Shown here in pieces: positions 32,532 through 47,900 of a stretch of DNA of 64,000 bases. The stretch's first letter is position 1; each line of letters begins with the position of its first letter. The notes below the pieces were generated by a model that was given only the letters and a program-made list of their open reading frames with translations, made no database searches and was not told the DNA's origin. This stretch comes from the human T2T-CHM13v2.0 reference genome, Homo sapiens, in the NCBI RefSeq assembly GCF_009914755.1, contig NC_060926.1; one strand, given 5' to 3'. A program made the translations under genes and the position numbers.

Positions 32532-33914
32532 CAAAACAACTATTTTCATTTGTAGTTTTTGTCCTCCTATTATGTAAGATTCACTTCAATCAATTGACAG
32601 ATGCTTTGAAAAACTATGATGACATTTAAAAATATTATTAAATTAGCGCTCTGCTTTCAGTGAAATACACACCCACCTCATCTCAGAGAGGTAAGCATTT
32701 GTTGCAATACTGAAGACCTGAAAAAGCAGACACTTGTTACTTTCACATCTTACCCAATCTGCATCAAAATGTTCCATGATCATACACACTTTTGCAAAGC
32801 ATCCAGGCTAAATCCTTCATGTAAATGTCAAACTTTCTCATAAACATCCCCTCACAAGTCGATTGATTCTGACAAGTCAATGCAAGTGAAGAATGGAGTC
32901 ACACTGCATTATATTTAAGTTCTAAATAGGCGTTAATGAAAGATATCTAGAGTTTCCTAAAAGGAACAATTAACTATTGCTATGAATTATTTTAAATTAT
33001 TGTACTTAGAAGTTTGGTATAACATTGAAATGCTTAAAACCTGAGTAATTTTGATATATCAATCCTGTAGTCACTAACCTACTGGATTAACGCCTTGTTG
33101 ATATGTAAATTACTAACTTCGTGAGGTTTTCAAAGTGATTATTATGCCAACATTTCAACTGGAGCAGTAAGTACCACCAATAAACATAAGCTGTATGCTG
33201 GCTATTGTGCATTATTTAATCTTCACACCAATCTTAAGGGTTATAAGAATTCTCAGTTTCAAAATGACCATTATAATTCCCATTTTACAGATAAAAAACA
33301 TCATGGAGCCAATATTTGAACCTAGACATTCAAGAACCCCTGCTTTTTACCTATATTGTGGGCTACAGGTGATTCTTCTTAAGAATGATGGGCTGTACTT
33401 TCTGTATTATCTACAAACAGTGACTGGCCATGGTCACCTATTTATGATAAGGCTAATCTGAATTAGGTGTTTTAGTCTGAGATTACTGGAATCTCAGAGT
33501 GAATATGTCCTGGAAACCGAAGCAGGCAAAAGGATTGAGAATTCCAATCATGCTTTTGTTTAAATTTTGAAAATATTAAATCTATAACAAGATACACTAT
33601 GATTTTGAGTTAAATAACCTCAATTACAAGCATTAAGGACTATAAGTGATCTATCAGTGTGGTTTTAACCTTTCTCTGCCTCTACATATCAGCCAATGAC
33701 CTACCATAATTAGTATCAGTGGCCAACATTGTAATTGAGATTCTCAAGGTGAAGAGAGAGAAATGCTCTCTCTTCCTTCAAGGGGCCCATCAAAAGGGCT
33801 TTAGGTACAGATCAAAGCTCCTGGTGTGGCTTTAAAGACCTCTCTCCTTCCCCCGGGAAGCACGTTCTCTCACCCTCAAGGTTTGAGAATTTTTGATGTA
33901 CAGAAAGATAATAA

Positions 33915-34140
33915 ATAATAACACTTATTGAGTGATTTCTAAGCCAGGCACTGTTCTAAGGACACACTCAATCTTACAATTTATGAACTATATTAGTATT
34001 CCCATTTTATGCATGAAGAAAGTGAGGCTCAGATAATTTAAGGAACTTACCCACAGTCACACATCTAAAAATGGTAGAGCCTGGCTCTGAACTCAGAAAA
34101 TCTGATTCTAAAGACGGAACACTTAACCACTGTACTATAT
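33915..34140 (-). mobile_element. MIR SINE
   Basis: cacttattgagtg...ccaggcactgttctaag...cccattttatgcatgaagaaagtgaggctcaga...cccacagtcacac. Confidence 0.8.
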
Positions 34141-34549
34141 TACCCCTAACTAGTCCACTGGAATAACTACATAATTATAAGAAAATCATCAAAGCAAATG
34201 TGAAAACTGTTCTAGCTGATAATGCAGTTGCTCTGCCAAGGTCTCAAGAAGGAAAATTTCTTTCATAAATATAGGAACAATCTAAGATGAACCCTGGCTT
34301 ATAAAACTATAGTTTAGGCCTTCGGCACTCTCTCCCTCTCTCTAATTTTTTCATAATTTTACCTTGCTCGAAATAACTAGACTAACTAGTCTTGATTGTG
34401 CCCAAGTGTCACAGTGCCACTGTTGTAGAAATCAATTTACTCTAGCACATGCTTCGCTTTCTTTTTAGAATTTAATTTTTCTATTCATTAAAAATGATAT
34501 ATTAAGATGACATATTTATTTTAAAAACATGTAAAGGCAATAACATATG

Positions 34550-34880
34550 AATGAAGAAATTATGACTAAATTCAGTGACACAGATTTGAATCTCATAAAT
34601 ATAATATTTCACAAAAGAAGCCAGATGCATAGAATACAAACTGTATGACTAAATTTATATAAAGTGAAAAACCAGGCAATCTGACCTATGGTATTACCAT
34701 TTAGGACAGTGGCTACCCTTGGAATGAGGTACAAGGTAGCTTCCAGGGCTCTGTTGCCATCTTGTTTCTTGATCTGGTAAATGGCAACACAAATGTTTCA
34801 TTTTTGGAAATTCACTGAGCTTTACAATTATGTTTTGTGTACTTTCACACTATATACGCTTCAATACAAGAGTTTACATT
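34550..34880 (+). mobile_element. Old L1M 3' fragment
   Basis: tgaatctcataaatataat...aaagaagccagatgc...aatacaaactgtatgact. Confidence 0.6.
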
Positions 34881-35039
34881 AAAAGCAAGTATTCTTCATC
34901 CAAAATTCCCATTTTGTTAACTTTAGTACTACCTTCTCTCTCCTAAAAGGATGAGATTTATTATTTCATAAATAAAGCTAACAATATCTCTACATAAGAT
35001 GGTAATGTTATATAGGAAATATTTTATGAGATATTTTAA

Positions 35040-35500
35040 AAGTCAGGTTGATTGAAGTATAATTTATATACAGTAAAACATACAGTTCTATAATTTTTGA
35101 TAAGCACATGCTTTTGTACAACCATCGCCATGATCAAGATAGAAGAATAGTTCCATTGTCTCCTCAAATTATCTCCTTCCCTTTTCCAGTCAACCTTATC
35201 CTCCGATCTCCAGCTCTTGGCAACATTTCTGTCCTGATGGTTTCACCTTTTCCAGAATGCCATGTGAATGGAATCATGCAGTATGTATTTTTTTTAAGTC
35301 TGGTTTCTTTCACTTGGTGTAATATATTTGAGATCCATCCATGGTGTTGGGTGTATCAGCAGTTTGTTCCTTTTTATTCTATTGCTCAGTAGTGTTACAA
35401 TATATAGATATGCCACAACTGAAGAACATTTGAGTAGTTTCCAATTTTGGGTGATTATGAAAAAGCCACTACAAACATTAGTACATAGGTTTTTGTGTGG
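35040..35500 (-). mobile_element. Old L1M 3' end
   Basis: ttgattgaagtataatttatatacagtaaa...ccttttccagaatgccatgtgaatggaatcatgcagtatgta. Confidence 0.75.
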
Positions 35501-35762
35501 GAATGAGTCTTACGTTTTGTTTTTAAATTCCAAGTTATACTTTTACCTGCACAAAATATTTTCTATATTGCCTTTATGTTAATTCTTATACCTAGAGAAT
35601 ATGCCAACCACTTAAAAATAATATAAAATCAGAAATTGAATTAAATTAAATAATAAACTTCTGCAAATTCCTTACTTATAAATATTTTTGTAATCATCTA
35701 TTGAATTAAGAGCAAAAAATATTCTATTAAAGGTATATATTAATAACTCAAAATCCTGTTTA

Positions 35763-36170
<408 letters not shown>

Positions 36171-36310
36171 TTATGCCTCTTTCAAAACTTTCCAATTTGA
36201 TATATTATGAGTTACAATATATTATAAATTTAACCCAACTGGTTAGTACTTTTTGTTCATGATAACTAGGAAAGGATTTGAGCGACAAAATGGAAACATG
36301 GTAGATGTTA

Positions 36311-36552
<242 letters not shown>

Positions 36553-38244
36553 CTGCAGAAAATGCAAATTTAAAAAAATACAAGGGGAAAAAATTAGTCA
36601 TTTAAAAAATCAGTAAAATAAATATTGATTGTCTCGAATTCTTATAACTATTAGACTATTTTGGAACACAATGAATTTCAAGCCAGGAAGATTTTTGCTT
36701 GATGAATACACAGAAATGAATTGCCATTATCAACTAAGTGGGATGCAAAGAAATGTCCAAAGTAAAAGGAAATTTTACACTGGTTCTGTGAATAACTTCC
36801 AAACGCACAGCTCACTTCTAATACTTTGAACTGATATGCATCATACATGATTACATGTCTCAACAAATATGTTGATATTTCAATGACTATAATTGTTTTC
36901 TTGTGTATGGTTTCTTCTTAAAGGCCTTAAGTTTAAATAAAAAAAACACAATAAGAAAACCATGAGCAATCCAATATCATATAATAACCTGATGCTCAAC
37001 GCTCATTAAAGGTTGATTTTGGCAGAAAATGAGTCAACATGCTTTAATGCTATTCTCATGGATACTTTACATAATCACATTATTCTGATTCTTGGTTGTG
37101 CCTGTCTTTAAAAGATACTTATCTTAAACATGAATTTATTTTAAAAGAAAATTAACTGGTTTCACCATACTGCAGTTTCTCTTGACACTGTCTTTTAAAA
37201 TAGCAATGCCATAACAGGTAAACAAAAACAAGTTTTTAAACTACCATAATAATGAATGCAAACAATAACAGATAAATATATACTATGTAAGGAAATGAAT
37301 TACCTTTGAGACCCAGTTAAGTAAAGAATACAGTGAGACTAACATTTAAATGGAATTACATAAGTACACAGAATTCTAATGTGCAGTCCCTAGAATTTCA
37401 TTTTGAACCAATATAGAATTATTATTTCTTTCATCTTCCAATATACTCGAACTCTTTATCTTTTCCTTTTCTCCCATCAAAGACATACAGCTCCAGAACA
37501 TTATCAAGATCCTTTTTATAGTTAGGATTTATAGAAGTGCCTTATTTCGCTGGTAATAAAGATTACATATATTTCCAAACTTTTAATTTTCAAATTTGAA
37601 AAAGCAGCTTAAGATAGGATCATCATACAATGATGTAAAAAGGTGCCAATGTATAAGGCCAGTCTATCCATTATATATTTAAATAACTCTAAACATTGGT
37701 GAACTAATATAATATACCTATAATACCAATTAAGTCACTTATCTCTGTCTCATAAACATTTGTTATAACATTCCTGCTAGCTTAAAAATTGATTTTTGTT
37801 TTTGTTTGGAGTAGCGCAGACAAATTTTAATCTATAGAAATAGAGAGAATACACCTGTATGAAAAGTCTTTTAAAAAGCAACTAAAAAGGAAAAAAACTA
37901 GAGTACATAGCATTAAATTAGTATTATATATAATCTATAGTCAAAATCATTTCTAAAAATGGAAAATTAACTACTAAAAAAGCTTCCAATTTGTCTTATA
38001 TAGTTTTCTTTTCATTATATTCCAAATAACTTGTTTTTTCCTAAGTTCCTGCTCTATCTTCTTGAAAATTATTTTTATGCCATATTATCATTTTGTAAAA
38101 TTAAAAGTCTGCTTATCAGTTCCAAGTGAGAATCTAAAAAGCTATGGCTAGTTTGCAATCCATCTTTATAACAACCCTTGAAAGATTAAAAAAAATTCAA
38201 AACTAAAATTTAACTTGAGGGAAAAGTGTGAATATGAAAGATAC

Positions 38245-39700
38245 TCATTCATTAAAAAAAGCACTGTGTTACATGTCTACTAAGTGTTCCTAGTATTCTA
38301 GGAGCTAGAGGGAGAAAAAAAGATGAATTAGACATTTTTCTGTTCTCAATGAGCTATGAATTTAATGAAGGAGACAGATGCATAAACAGATGTGTATTGA
38401 ATAATGTGATAAATGTAATAAGAAACATGAAAAAGTGGTTCATGGTAGTGTGGAGGGCAGACACCTAGAGCCAACCTAGAAGGGCATGATAACCCTCTTA
38501 GGGGAGGTAAGAAGCTGAAATTTAGAGTTCTGCAAACTGGGGTTGGGGTGGCGGTGGCTTCTGCAGGAGCAAAAGCACAGACCTGAAGAAATGTATTGTA
38601 TATACAAAACAACTACAAATAATTCTTAGTAGTTGGAGAGCAAAACATGAGGCAATAGGAAGAGGGGAAAAAAGAAGTTAGAACATTAGGTGGGAGCCAG
38701 ATTTTGAGAAATATTTGCTTAGTAACAATCAATAAAAAATCACTGTAGGGCTTTAAAGAAGTAGTGAAGTTGCTAGATTAGTATTTTCAGTAAATCTCCT
38801 AGCCCTGTGGATACTAGTCAGCTGGCAGCCAGGCCGACTCATTTGGCACAAAGACTATTTTAGTCCACGTAAGAGATGATGGACCAAACTAGGGAAATGG
38901 TAACTGTGTTGGAGGCAGAAGAACAGATTCAAGAAATACCTCAAAAGATAGAGGGAATAAAAAAGAGCAGTTGATTCATGAAAGTGAAATGATCAAAGGA
39001 GTTAAAGAAGACTTACATTTCTAGCTTTGCTAATAGTGGTACTATCCTTGAGAGAATCCAAGAAGATGAATATGTTTCTTCCTGTATGTGTTAGGGGATG
39101 AGGAGTTGATAATTTCAGTTTTGTGTATCTAGAATTTAGTATGGCTGTCCTACATCTAGGTAGAAATGTTTATCAGCAGTTGGAAAGATGAGTGGTTAAC
39201 GGGGAAAGAAGGCATGAGTATAATGATCAATCTTGAAATAGCATGTAGGAGAAAGTTGAAACCATGTAAGTGAATAGATGGCTAAAGAAGATATAAAAAG
39301 TAAGAAAAGCAGAGGCTGAAGATGGAAACCCAAGGAACCCCAACAGTATATGACATAAGATGAGTTCTTTGTGCCAGAAGCATGGGAAAATATAATTGAG
39401 TAAAACCAATTAACTGTAGTCTCATGGAAGTCAAATCAGAAAAGAACTTCAAGAAAGAGGCGGTGATCATCAGTGTGAAAGGCAGAGAAGTCTGGTAAAA
39501 TAACTCTTAAGATAATTTTACTTGTCATTGTCATGGTCACTAGAATTTAGGTTTTTGTGAGTTGAGAAGCAAATTGGAGATAGAAAAATAGAGGCTGGGG
39601 AAAGAGCGGGGAGGGACTGAGGGAGCAGGATGTAGGGTCAAGAAAAGTTGTTGAGGGGATTGTGTAGGATATTTGAGATTCAAACCTATTTTTAAACTGA
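38245..39700 (-). mobile_element. L2 LINE fragment(s)
   Basis: ctcattcatt 3' end; ttagtccacgtaagagatgatgg; aatttcagttttgtgtatctagaattt...catctaggtagaaatgt; boundaries approximate. Confidence 0.65.
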
Positions 39701-40313
39701 GAATGAAAGAAAAAAATGAAAGACAAAGAAAAATAAGAGTATGACTGAAGTGGCACCATTCTTTCTAAATACAAGCCGCTGAAAACTAAAATATGTATAT
39801 TGTTTTTCAACTCTTTGTATTTTCTGTAAGCAACTAATTAGTATATGCAATTTGCGTCCATTCAGCCAGATCACAGAACAACAGAAACACAAAACTTTTG
39901 AAGAGCCAAAATCACAAATAAATAACTGAATCAAAATCTAGAATAGTAGAATTATAAAAAAAAGTGTTTCAAAGTAGAATACTTATAGAAAATTAGAAAA
40001 ATAAAACACATGTCTAATTAACAAATTCCAAAACAATATCTAAAGTTCTGAATATTAAACTGTGTTTAACCTTTGTTAGTACTAATGACTTATAAGTTCC
40101 TTGATGTACTCATTTAACCAACATAGTTTAGATATTTTGATAAAATCTTTAAATTTTGAAATAAAAATGAAGGAAATTTTTAAAAATTATCCATTAAAAG
40201 ATTATAGACAAAACTTCCACAAGCAGCCCTTCTTTCCCTCTCTTGATGTATAAAAATTATTTCATTATATCAGTTTAAGAATATTTTAAAAATGGATAAA
40301 AAGATTAAGGTAC

Positions 40314-40659
<346 letters not shown>

Positions 40660-42870
40660 TCATTATTCTAATATCAACAAAAACATGCAATGAGATTTTT
40701 AAAAAGATGTTCCATAAAATAACCATTTCATTCCAAGTCTAAAATGCAGGTTTGGTTTGATACAAAACCAAAGTTAAACGGACATTAAATGAGCACATAC
40801 TCAAGTGATATTAGTGAGGAAAAAAATCATCCTTGCCCTCCCCACAATTTAATTACATTGGTTAAGTTTACAAATCTTTAAAAAAATTCTATCTTGCTAA
40901 TTTCAAATCTGAACATCATTCCTAAGTTTTAAATTCTTGCTTATCATTTCAAAATACTGTGGAGAAGGGTCTGGTCTCTAACAGAGGATATAAATTAAAT
41001 AATATAAATTTACTGGACTGTGAGTTCATTGAGGTCAGAAGCTGTGTCTTGTTCATTTCTGAATTTTCCTATCACTGTATGTGATGCAGAGCAGATATCC
41101 AATATACAAAGCTGAAGAGTGAATAAACTAAGAAAAGGCTGTTAAAATAAAAATTATCTAGTCAAGGTAAGAAGAGACAAACTTGTTGTTTCCATGGATA
41201 TTAGTGAGAATCTTCTGATAAGGAGTAAATAGATGACCTATTTTAAAAGTGTCTAGAGAGCTTGTTAGAGCCATTATATTTAATGTACTTTTAGAGTAGT
41301 AAAAGTGCTTTTAAAGTATGACACAGGTAACTTTATTTTCAGAAAAATCATTAAACAGTATTCAAAGTAAGAACTTTAATTCTAAAAAATGTGGTTTGAA
41401 AGACTATTTTCATTAATGTGGTTCTTGAATTATCTGACATCATATAGGCATATAAAAGAAAAGGTGTTTTCCAAAGTAGAACTGGCCTGGTGAGCTCACA
41501 CTTACTGATAGGTCGATTATTACATGTGTTTAGGAATAAAAATAGTCACTTGCTCCATCATCCTCACTGCCCCTGTGGTTTTCCCAGGAAAATATCATAT
41601 CTCTATATGCTCAATTTGGAAAGAAGGGACTGACTGCACAGAACACCTTATTGCTTCAGTAAAATATCTCAAAGCATAATGTTGAACTGCAATAGAATTT
41701 ATATGAGGATTTAGGAATTTAGGAATCACATCCTTCAGGAATTCCTGGGACTAGAATACTCTGGGACTAGAACCACAGCATTTTTATGAAGTGAGTGAAT
41801 CTGGACAATATGAAGGTGTTTTAAAAACAGGATGGCAGAAAGCTAAATGAAAACAGAGACAAAAATCCTTCAGGATTAAGTCAGTCATTAGAGAATGCAT
41901 TTACCTTGGAAGATGCCAGGGAATACAATATTCAAATTCTGTCTCAACTTAATTCTGCGGCTGCAAATTGCTAAAGGTGTCTTTTTTCTGTTCACTTGGA
42001 GTTCCCAAATGCTCTGGTGAGATTTCTTCCCCATTACACCTTCATCCTTCCTTTTGACTGAGATCCAGATTTTGTTGCTACCATAAACTAATCTCTTTTC
42101 ATTGCCTCATATTTCTACTTCCCCCACTATATATGTTTATTATTATTATATAATAATGATTTAAAAGGGCAGAGAGGAAGACACACCAGCCATGCATCCA
42201 GACTATGGCTCTGTGATCTCACTTTCATTTCTCTAATGGCCTCATTGTAATTAGATTTGCAAAAACAGCAAAAGGTCTCATTTTGAATGGCAACAGCTGT
42301 TGACATCAACATTATATTGAATAATTTACTGGTTTAATTTTAGCTGCAAAACAATAAAATTCTCTTGTGGATGATTTTAGCAGGCAAAGTTTTCTCTTTC
42401 TGTTGCTGACTCTTTCTTCTGCTCCAGCAGAACCAGTTGTTTTTTTTTGTGAAATACTCTTAACTCAAGTATGCCAAAAACTCACAAGGGGAGCAGTTTA
42501 TTACCTCTAGTTTCCTTGAAGCAAAGTGTCTATGTGACTATTTCAGTACCCTAAATGTATACGTGCTTATATGTGAACCAATGAATTGGCAATTACCACT
42601 TCCAAGGTGAATTTGAATTTGAATGGCAGAATATTACTTTACCTTTTGAGGATCTGTCACTTCACAGAGTGAGTTAAGCTTATTTCTTGACCTGCAGGAA
42701 ATTGTAGCAACATCTGCAAATTGATGTTTTCTTGGCAGGAAATGATGTCGCTTGCTTAATTTCTTCAGTATCCCCCAACAGCTATCCCTTAATCTGACAG
42801 AAAATCTGTTTATGGAATCTCACACTTTCCTGCCAGATATAAAGTACCCAAGCTGATTCTCAACTACAAA

Positions 42871-42930
42871 TGTGTGTGTGTGTGTGTGTGTGTGTGTCTG
42901 TATGCGTCTGTGTGTGTGTGTTTATATGTG
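42871..42930. repeat. Imperfect (TG)n microsatellite
   Basis: Read directly. Confidence 0.93.
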
Positions 42931-43863
42931 TATGTGCACATGCCTATAGGCATTCACAATGGAGAAAAGGCTTTATGGGCAGTAGGAGGATGGCAAATGT
43001 AACACTGCTTTCAATTACAAATTATTCACCTTCCGGAGGAATGAAAAGGAAAAATCCTTACTAAAATAGACTTGTTGTCTCTTAAGAAATACTTGTTGGA
43101 ATTTGTTAGATGAATGACATTATTTCTTTTACAGTTCAGTGCTTTTCTTCTTTCTGTAATGTGTCTTTGTTATTCAACTGTTATCAATATCAAAGGTAAT
43201 CTAATTATTATTCATTGCACAATGTATTCTTTTGAAAAAGAGAAAAAAAAATTTACCAAGCTTCAGATTGCCCTATATCAGTCAAAGAAATTCAAGGCTA
43301 AAGGATTACCTGTAACAAGGTTGCTTTCACAAAATGTACTCATTTTTTAAATATACATATCACTAGGTTCCCTTTTTCCCTGCCATTGTTACCTTTGTTC
43401 ATATTTTTTGAAGGAGTAATTTAAGGTAGTATTTATCAAAGAGAAATATCCTCACCTTAAGCTTATTGTGACAACAAAGAAACAGAAATAGAAAACTTCC
43501 TTTAAAGATTTGATAAACACAAACCTCAAAAGCATGATTACTGTCCTATCTTTTCTGAGATCTTGAATCTCCAATATAATTTCGAAGAATTTCTAAACTG
43601 CATCCAAAGTATACCTGACACTAGCTAGCTTCATGAAGGTGTTAATAGAATGGTTATAGGTAAAATCTAAGCAGAAATATTTAAGGGTGTACAAAGTTGA
43701 TTCCATAAATCATTCTCTCAGTATTTCTCTTAAAATCAGCATTTTAAATATAAGGATTAGTAGAGTTCTATGAGAATGGTATACATTTCAGAGATGGTAC
43801 CAGGGATAAAGATACATGTGGATAACACATACCAGGTGAGCCCTTGGCCAGCAAGAATGCTTA

Positions 43864-44082
<219 letters not shown>

Positions 44083-45537
44083 TCATGTGGTTTAGTTACT
44101 GAGACTTCAGTAGGTGGCAAATCTTCCTCTAAGAGAATTGGAGAACATTTTCAGCAGTGCAAATGTGGATGTAATTTTTGTAGTACAAACAGTGCAAAGA
44201 AGATCCATCAAGTTCAGTTTTGATATCCTGTATGTGTGAAAACACTATAATAATGTATTTGTGCTTGAAATATTTTCCTTTTCGACATAAGCAGTTCCTG
44301 GGCCAACTGATTTCCATGTCATGACTCTAATGTGACTTAATTTGATCAGCAAAACTGTCCAATGACTTTCTCAAAAGGATGTCAGTATTTTCTTCTTGTG
44401 ATTTATTTCTGGCAATATTATAGTGCAGCAATTTTTAGTAAAACACATTTTCCCTAGAGGTATTTCATCACCACCACTGGGAATATGTGAATACTTTTAC
44501 TAAATAGTTAATGAGAAAAGGGATATAATAGAAATTAACTAAAACTGAATTTCATATAAGAGTAGGATGTAAACTTTCCTTTGGTTGTACAATGACTTTA
44601 TTTATAAAATGAATTTTAAAATTTGTTATGATAACATTATCAGGAATTAGGCCGTTTAGGTGAATAAAAATAATTCCTAGATTTTTCTTTATTTCATATC
44701 CACTGTGAAAACACTAAAAGTCATATTATGTCTATTTATAGGGATTTTAGTAAATCACAGAACAATACTGAAAGCCATATAAATGCACATTTTGATGAGC
44801 AAAATAGTCCATAATAATAAAGCAAATACATACAAACAAAGGCTTCATGAAGAAACTTATCCAAGGATGAAGATAATATAAATATGAGTATAATAAATGC
44901 AAATAGAACAAACTCATTCTATATATTTATGTTTATAATACACATTAACTTTCTAATATGTGGAATGTTAATAAGTGATAATGATATGAAAATATATCTA
45001 AAAGTCATGACAATATTAAGATGTTCAAACTAAAACATATATGAATTTTACAGAATACAAACTGATTTGGATCTGGTATAATGGATGGAAAGCATACTAG
45101 AAATGGGTATATCGTCAGAGCAAAGAAAATTTAGAACACTTTGGTAAATGCTATCTTTCTTAAAAGACTTCCCCGATGCTTTCATACATTCAGCTGTTCT
45201 GGACAACAGCTACCTGAAATGTACTTTTACATCTCCTTTTTGGACACCATATTGTCTTAAAATTCCTCTCCTCTTTGACCACTCCCCTTTGGAACTTCTT
45301 CCCCTGACCCATTTCTCCCTAAAATCTGGCTATGTCCATAGGGTTCAACAATCATTATAGTTCACATGGAAAACAACTTAAATAAATAAGATATAGTAAG
45401 CATACAGAGAGACAATTCTATCACATTTGTAGTTATAAACAATGAGAATTTGGCAGTCAGGAGTTAACACTAAGTTATAAAGAACTAGATATTAGGTAGG
45501 GATTGTAAAGATAATGGGAGTACCTTATATCCTAAAC

Positions 45538-45759
45538 CAGGAGTGTCCAGTGTTTTGGCTTCCCTGGGTCACATTGGAAGAAGAATTGTCTTGGGCCACA
45601 CATAAAATACACTAACACTAATGACACCTGATGAGCCAAAAAAAAAAAAATTGCAAAAAAACTCATAGTGTTTTAAGAAAGTTTACGAATTTGTGGTGGG
45701 CCACACTCAAAGCTGTCCTGGGTGCATGTGGCCAATGGGCTGCAGGTTGGGAAAGCTTG
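45538..45759. mobile_element. MER30 hAT-Charlie DNA transposon
   Basis: ttttggcttccctgggtcacattggaagaagaattgtcttgggccacacataaaatacactaacac; 8-bp TSD TCCTAAAC/TCCTACAC. Confidence 0.9.
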
Positions 45760-46452
45760 TCCTACACAAATGTTAATCCAAGAGCAGCTAGATATTACAA
45801 ATTGGTTACTTAAGGCATCAGAAAATCGAGAAATACAATATTTTAAAATTTAAAAATGGAGGCGTGTGAATAGAAGTATAAAGAAGAAAAAGTAATCAGG
45901 AAGAGCTTTCAGGAAATCCTGAGACTGGTGGGGCTCAATCAAGCCCTTGTCTATTTCACTATTTTGCTGTGAGGCTCAGAGCTCGAAAAAAAAAAAAAAA
46001 GCCTATAAAACCTAATCCTGATTCTACCTGAGGAGTTTGCTAATGGTAACTTCTTATTTCTTCCCAAAAAAGAATACTTCACATCCTTCCAATTTTAACA
46101 CCTGCTTATGGGTACTTAGGCACGTAATATTGTCTATTACACAGAATCATTTACTGTGCAAGTATGCTCAGTACCATGACTTATTGTACAAGACAAGAGA
46201 CATGCTGATGTCTTCTTGCAGCACACAGAATAAAACCTACAATGAGTAAATTAGGCAGAGTCTGAATTAAGAATTAGGAATTATTCTTCTAAGTAATGTA
46301 AATGTATTTTTCTTATAATGTAAAATCATGTCTGGGTGAAGTCAAAAGATATAAAGTTGTAAAAGTAAAATCAAGTTCATATTTAATATTTAAGTATACT
46401 GTAATAAGATAAATAACTTTTTGTTCTTTGTTTTTTAAGCATCTCTTAACTA

Positions 46453-46795
46453 TAGTCATGTGACACTTAATGACCGGGATATATTCTGAGCAATGCATCA
46501 TTAGGTGATTTCATCATTGCGCAGATATCACATAGTGTACCTACACAAACCTGTATGGTGTAGCCTACTTTATACCTAGGCCATATGGTATAGCCTTTTG
46601 CTCCTGGACTACAAACTGCACAGCATATTACTGTACTGAATATTTTAGGCAGTAGTAATACAATAATAAGCATGTGTGTATCTAAACATATCTAAATGTA
46701 GAAAGGGTACAGTAAAGGCAGATATTATAATTTTATGGTAACACCATTGCATATGTCCATCACTAACTGAAATGTTGTTATGAAGTGCATGACTG
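46453..46795. mobile_element. Tigger3a-like Tc1/mariner MITE
   Basis: Inverted termini (t)AGTCATG...CATGACTG flanked by TA; internal ttctgagcaatgcatcattaggtgatttcatcattg. Confidence 0.88.
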
Positions 46796-47229
46796 TATTT
46801 GATTGTATTATCATGATAGAAAACCTAATGTCCCAGGCTGACATAACTAAAAATGTCCTGGCAAATCTCAGAAAAAGAAACATACTGATTCCCCATCTCA
46901 TTTCCATAATAAAGAGACTTAAAGAAATATACCTGTGTCTAATGTTTACTCTTCTTTCATTATATTCCCAAAGGCTTTAAGAACCGAGGCACAATAAATG
47001 AATTGATCAGTGCAATAATAGAAAATGAAGGTCAAGGCAATATTCTTCCTTATCCCTATTTCTAAACTACCTCTGGAGTCAATAATCTAGACAGACAACT
47101 AAAGGATAGGCTGAATCCTTATAGAAGCATGACTTTTTTTTTTGAGTCGTCATTGATGTTTTTCTCTGGTAGCTACTGTAAAAGACATATTTATTATTCA
47201 CCAGTGACCAATTATCTTCTATTCCAGTC

Positions 47230-47900
47230 ACATGAGAACATTATAATTCTCCTCCCACCAGAGATAAGATATGGCTTAATTTGCACAATGGAATATAACT
47301 AGAGGTGACTATGAGATAACTAGTGCTTAAGTCTCCAGCCTTCTCTCTCTGGTGCCATGACTCACAGACCCCATGTAGAAGTGGAAGTGCCATAAATTAA
47401 AAGCATCCCTGAATGGTAGACCATAACAGGGAGGCTCGCTGCCTTAGAACATTTCCCAGATTTCCAGTGTACTTTACAAGATGGATGGGTGTGGTGGCTC
47501 ACATCTTTAATCCCAGCACTTTGGGAGGCCTAGGTGGGCAGATCACTTGAGGCCAGCAGTTCAAGACCAACCTGGGCAACATGGTGAAACCCCATCTCTA
47601 CAAAAAATATAAAAATTAGCCAGGCATGGTGACACATGTCTGTAAACCCAGCTACTCAGGAGGCTGAGGCATGAGACTCGTTTGTGCCCAGGAAGCAGAG
47701 GTTGCCGTGAGCTGAGATCACGCCACTGCACTACAGTCTGGGCGACAGAGTGAGTCTCAAAAAAAAAAAAAAAAAAAAAAGAAAAAAGAAAAAAGCAAAA
47801 AACAACTATGTACTTTACATGAAAAAAAAAGAACTTAAACTTATTTATGTAAGCTACTGCAATATGGAGGTTATTTGTTACAGCAGCACAACCTTTATTA
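47230..47900 (+). mobile_element. Old MLT1 LTR interrupted by an Alu
   Basis: MaLR 3' end ...aagctactgcaatatggaggttatttgttacagcagca; 5' part caatggaatataactagaggtgac. Confidence 0.55.
47483..47805 (+). mobile_element. AluJ-like element
   Basis: Diverged Alu (gaggccagcagttcaagacc, tctctacaaaaaata); flanking repeat TGTACTTTACA. Confidence 0.9.
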
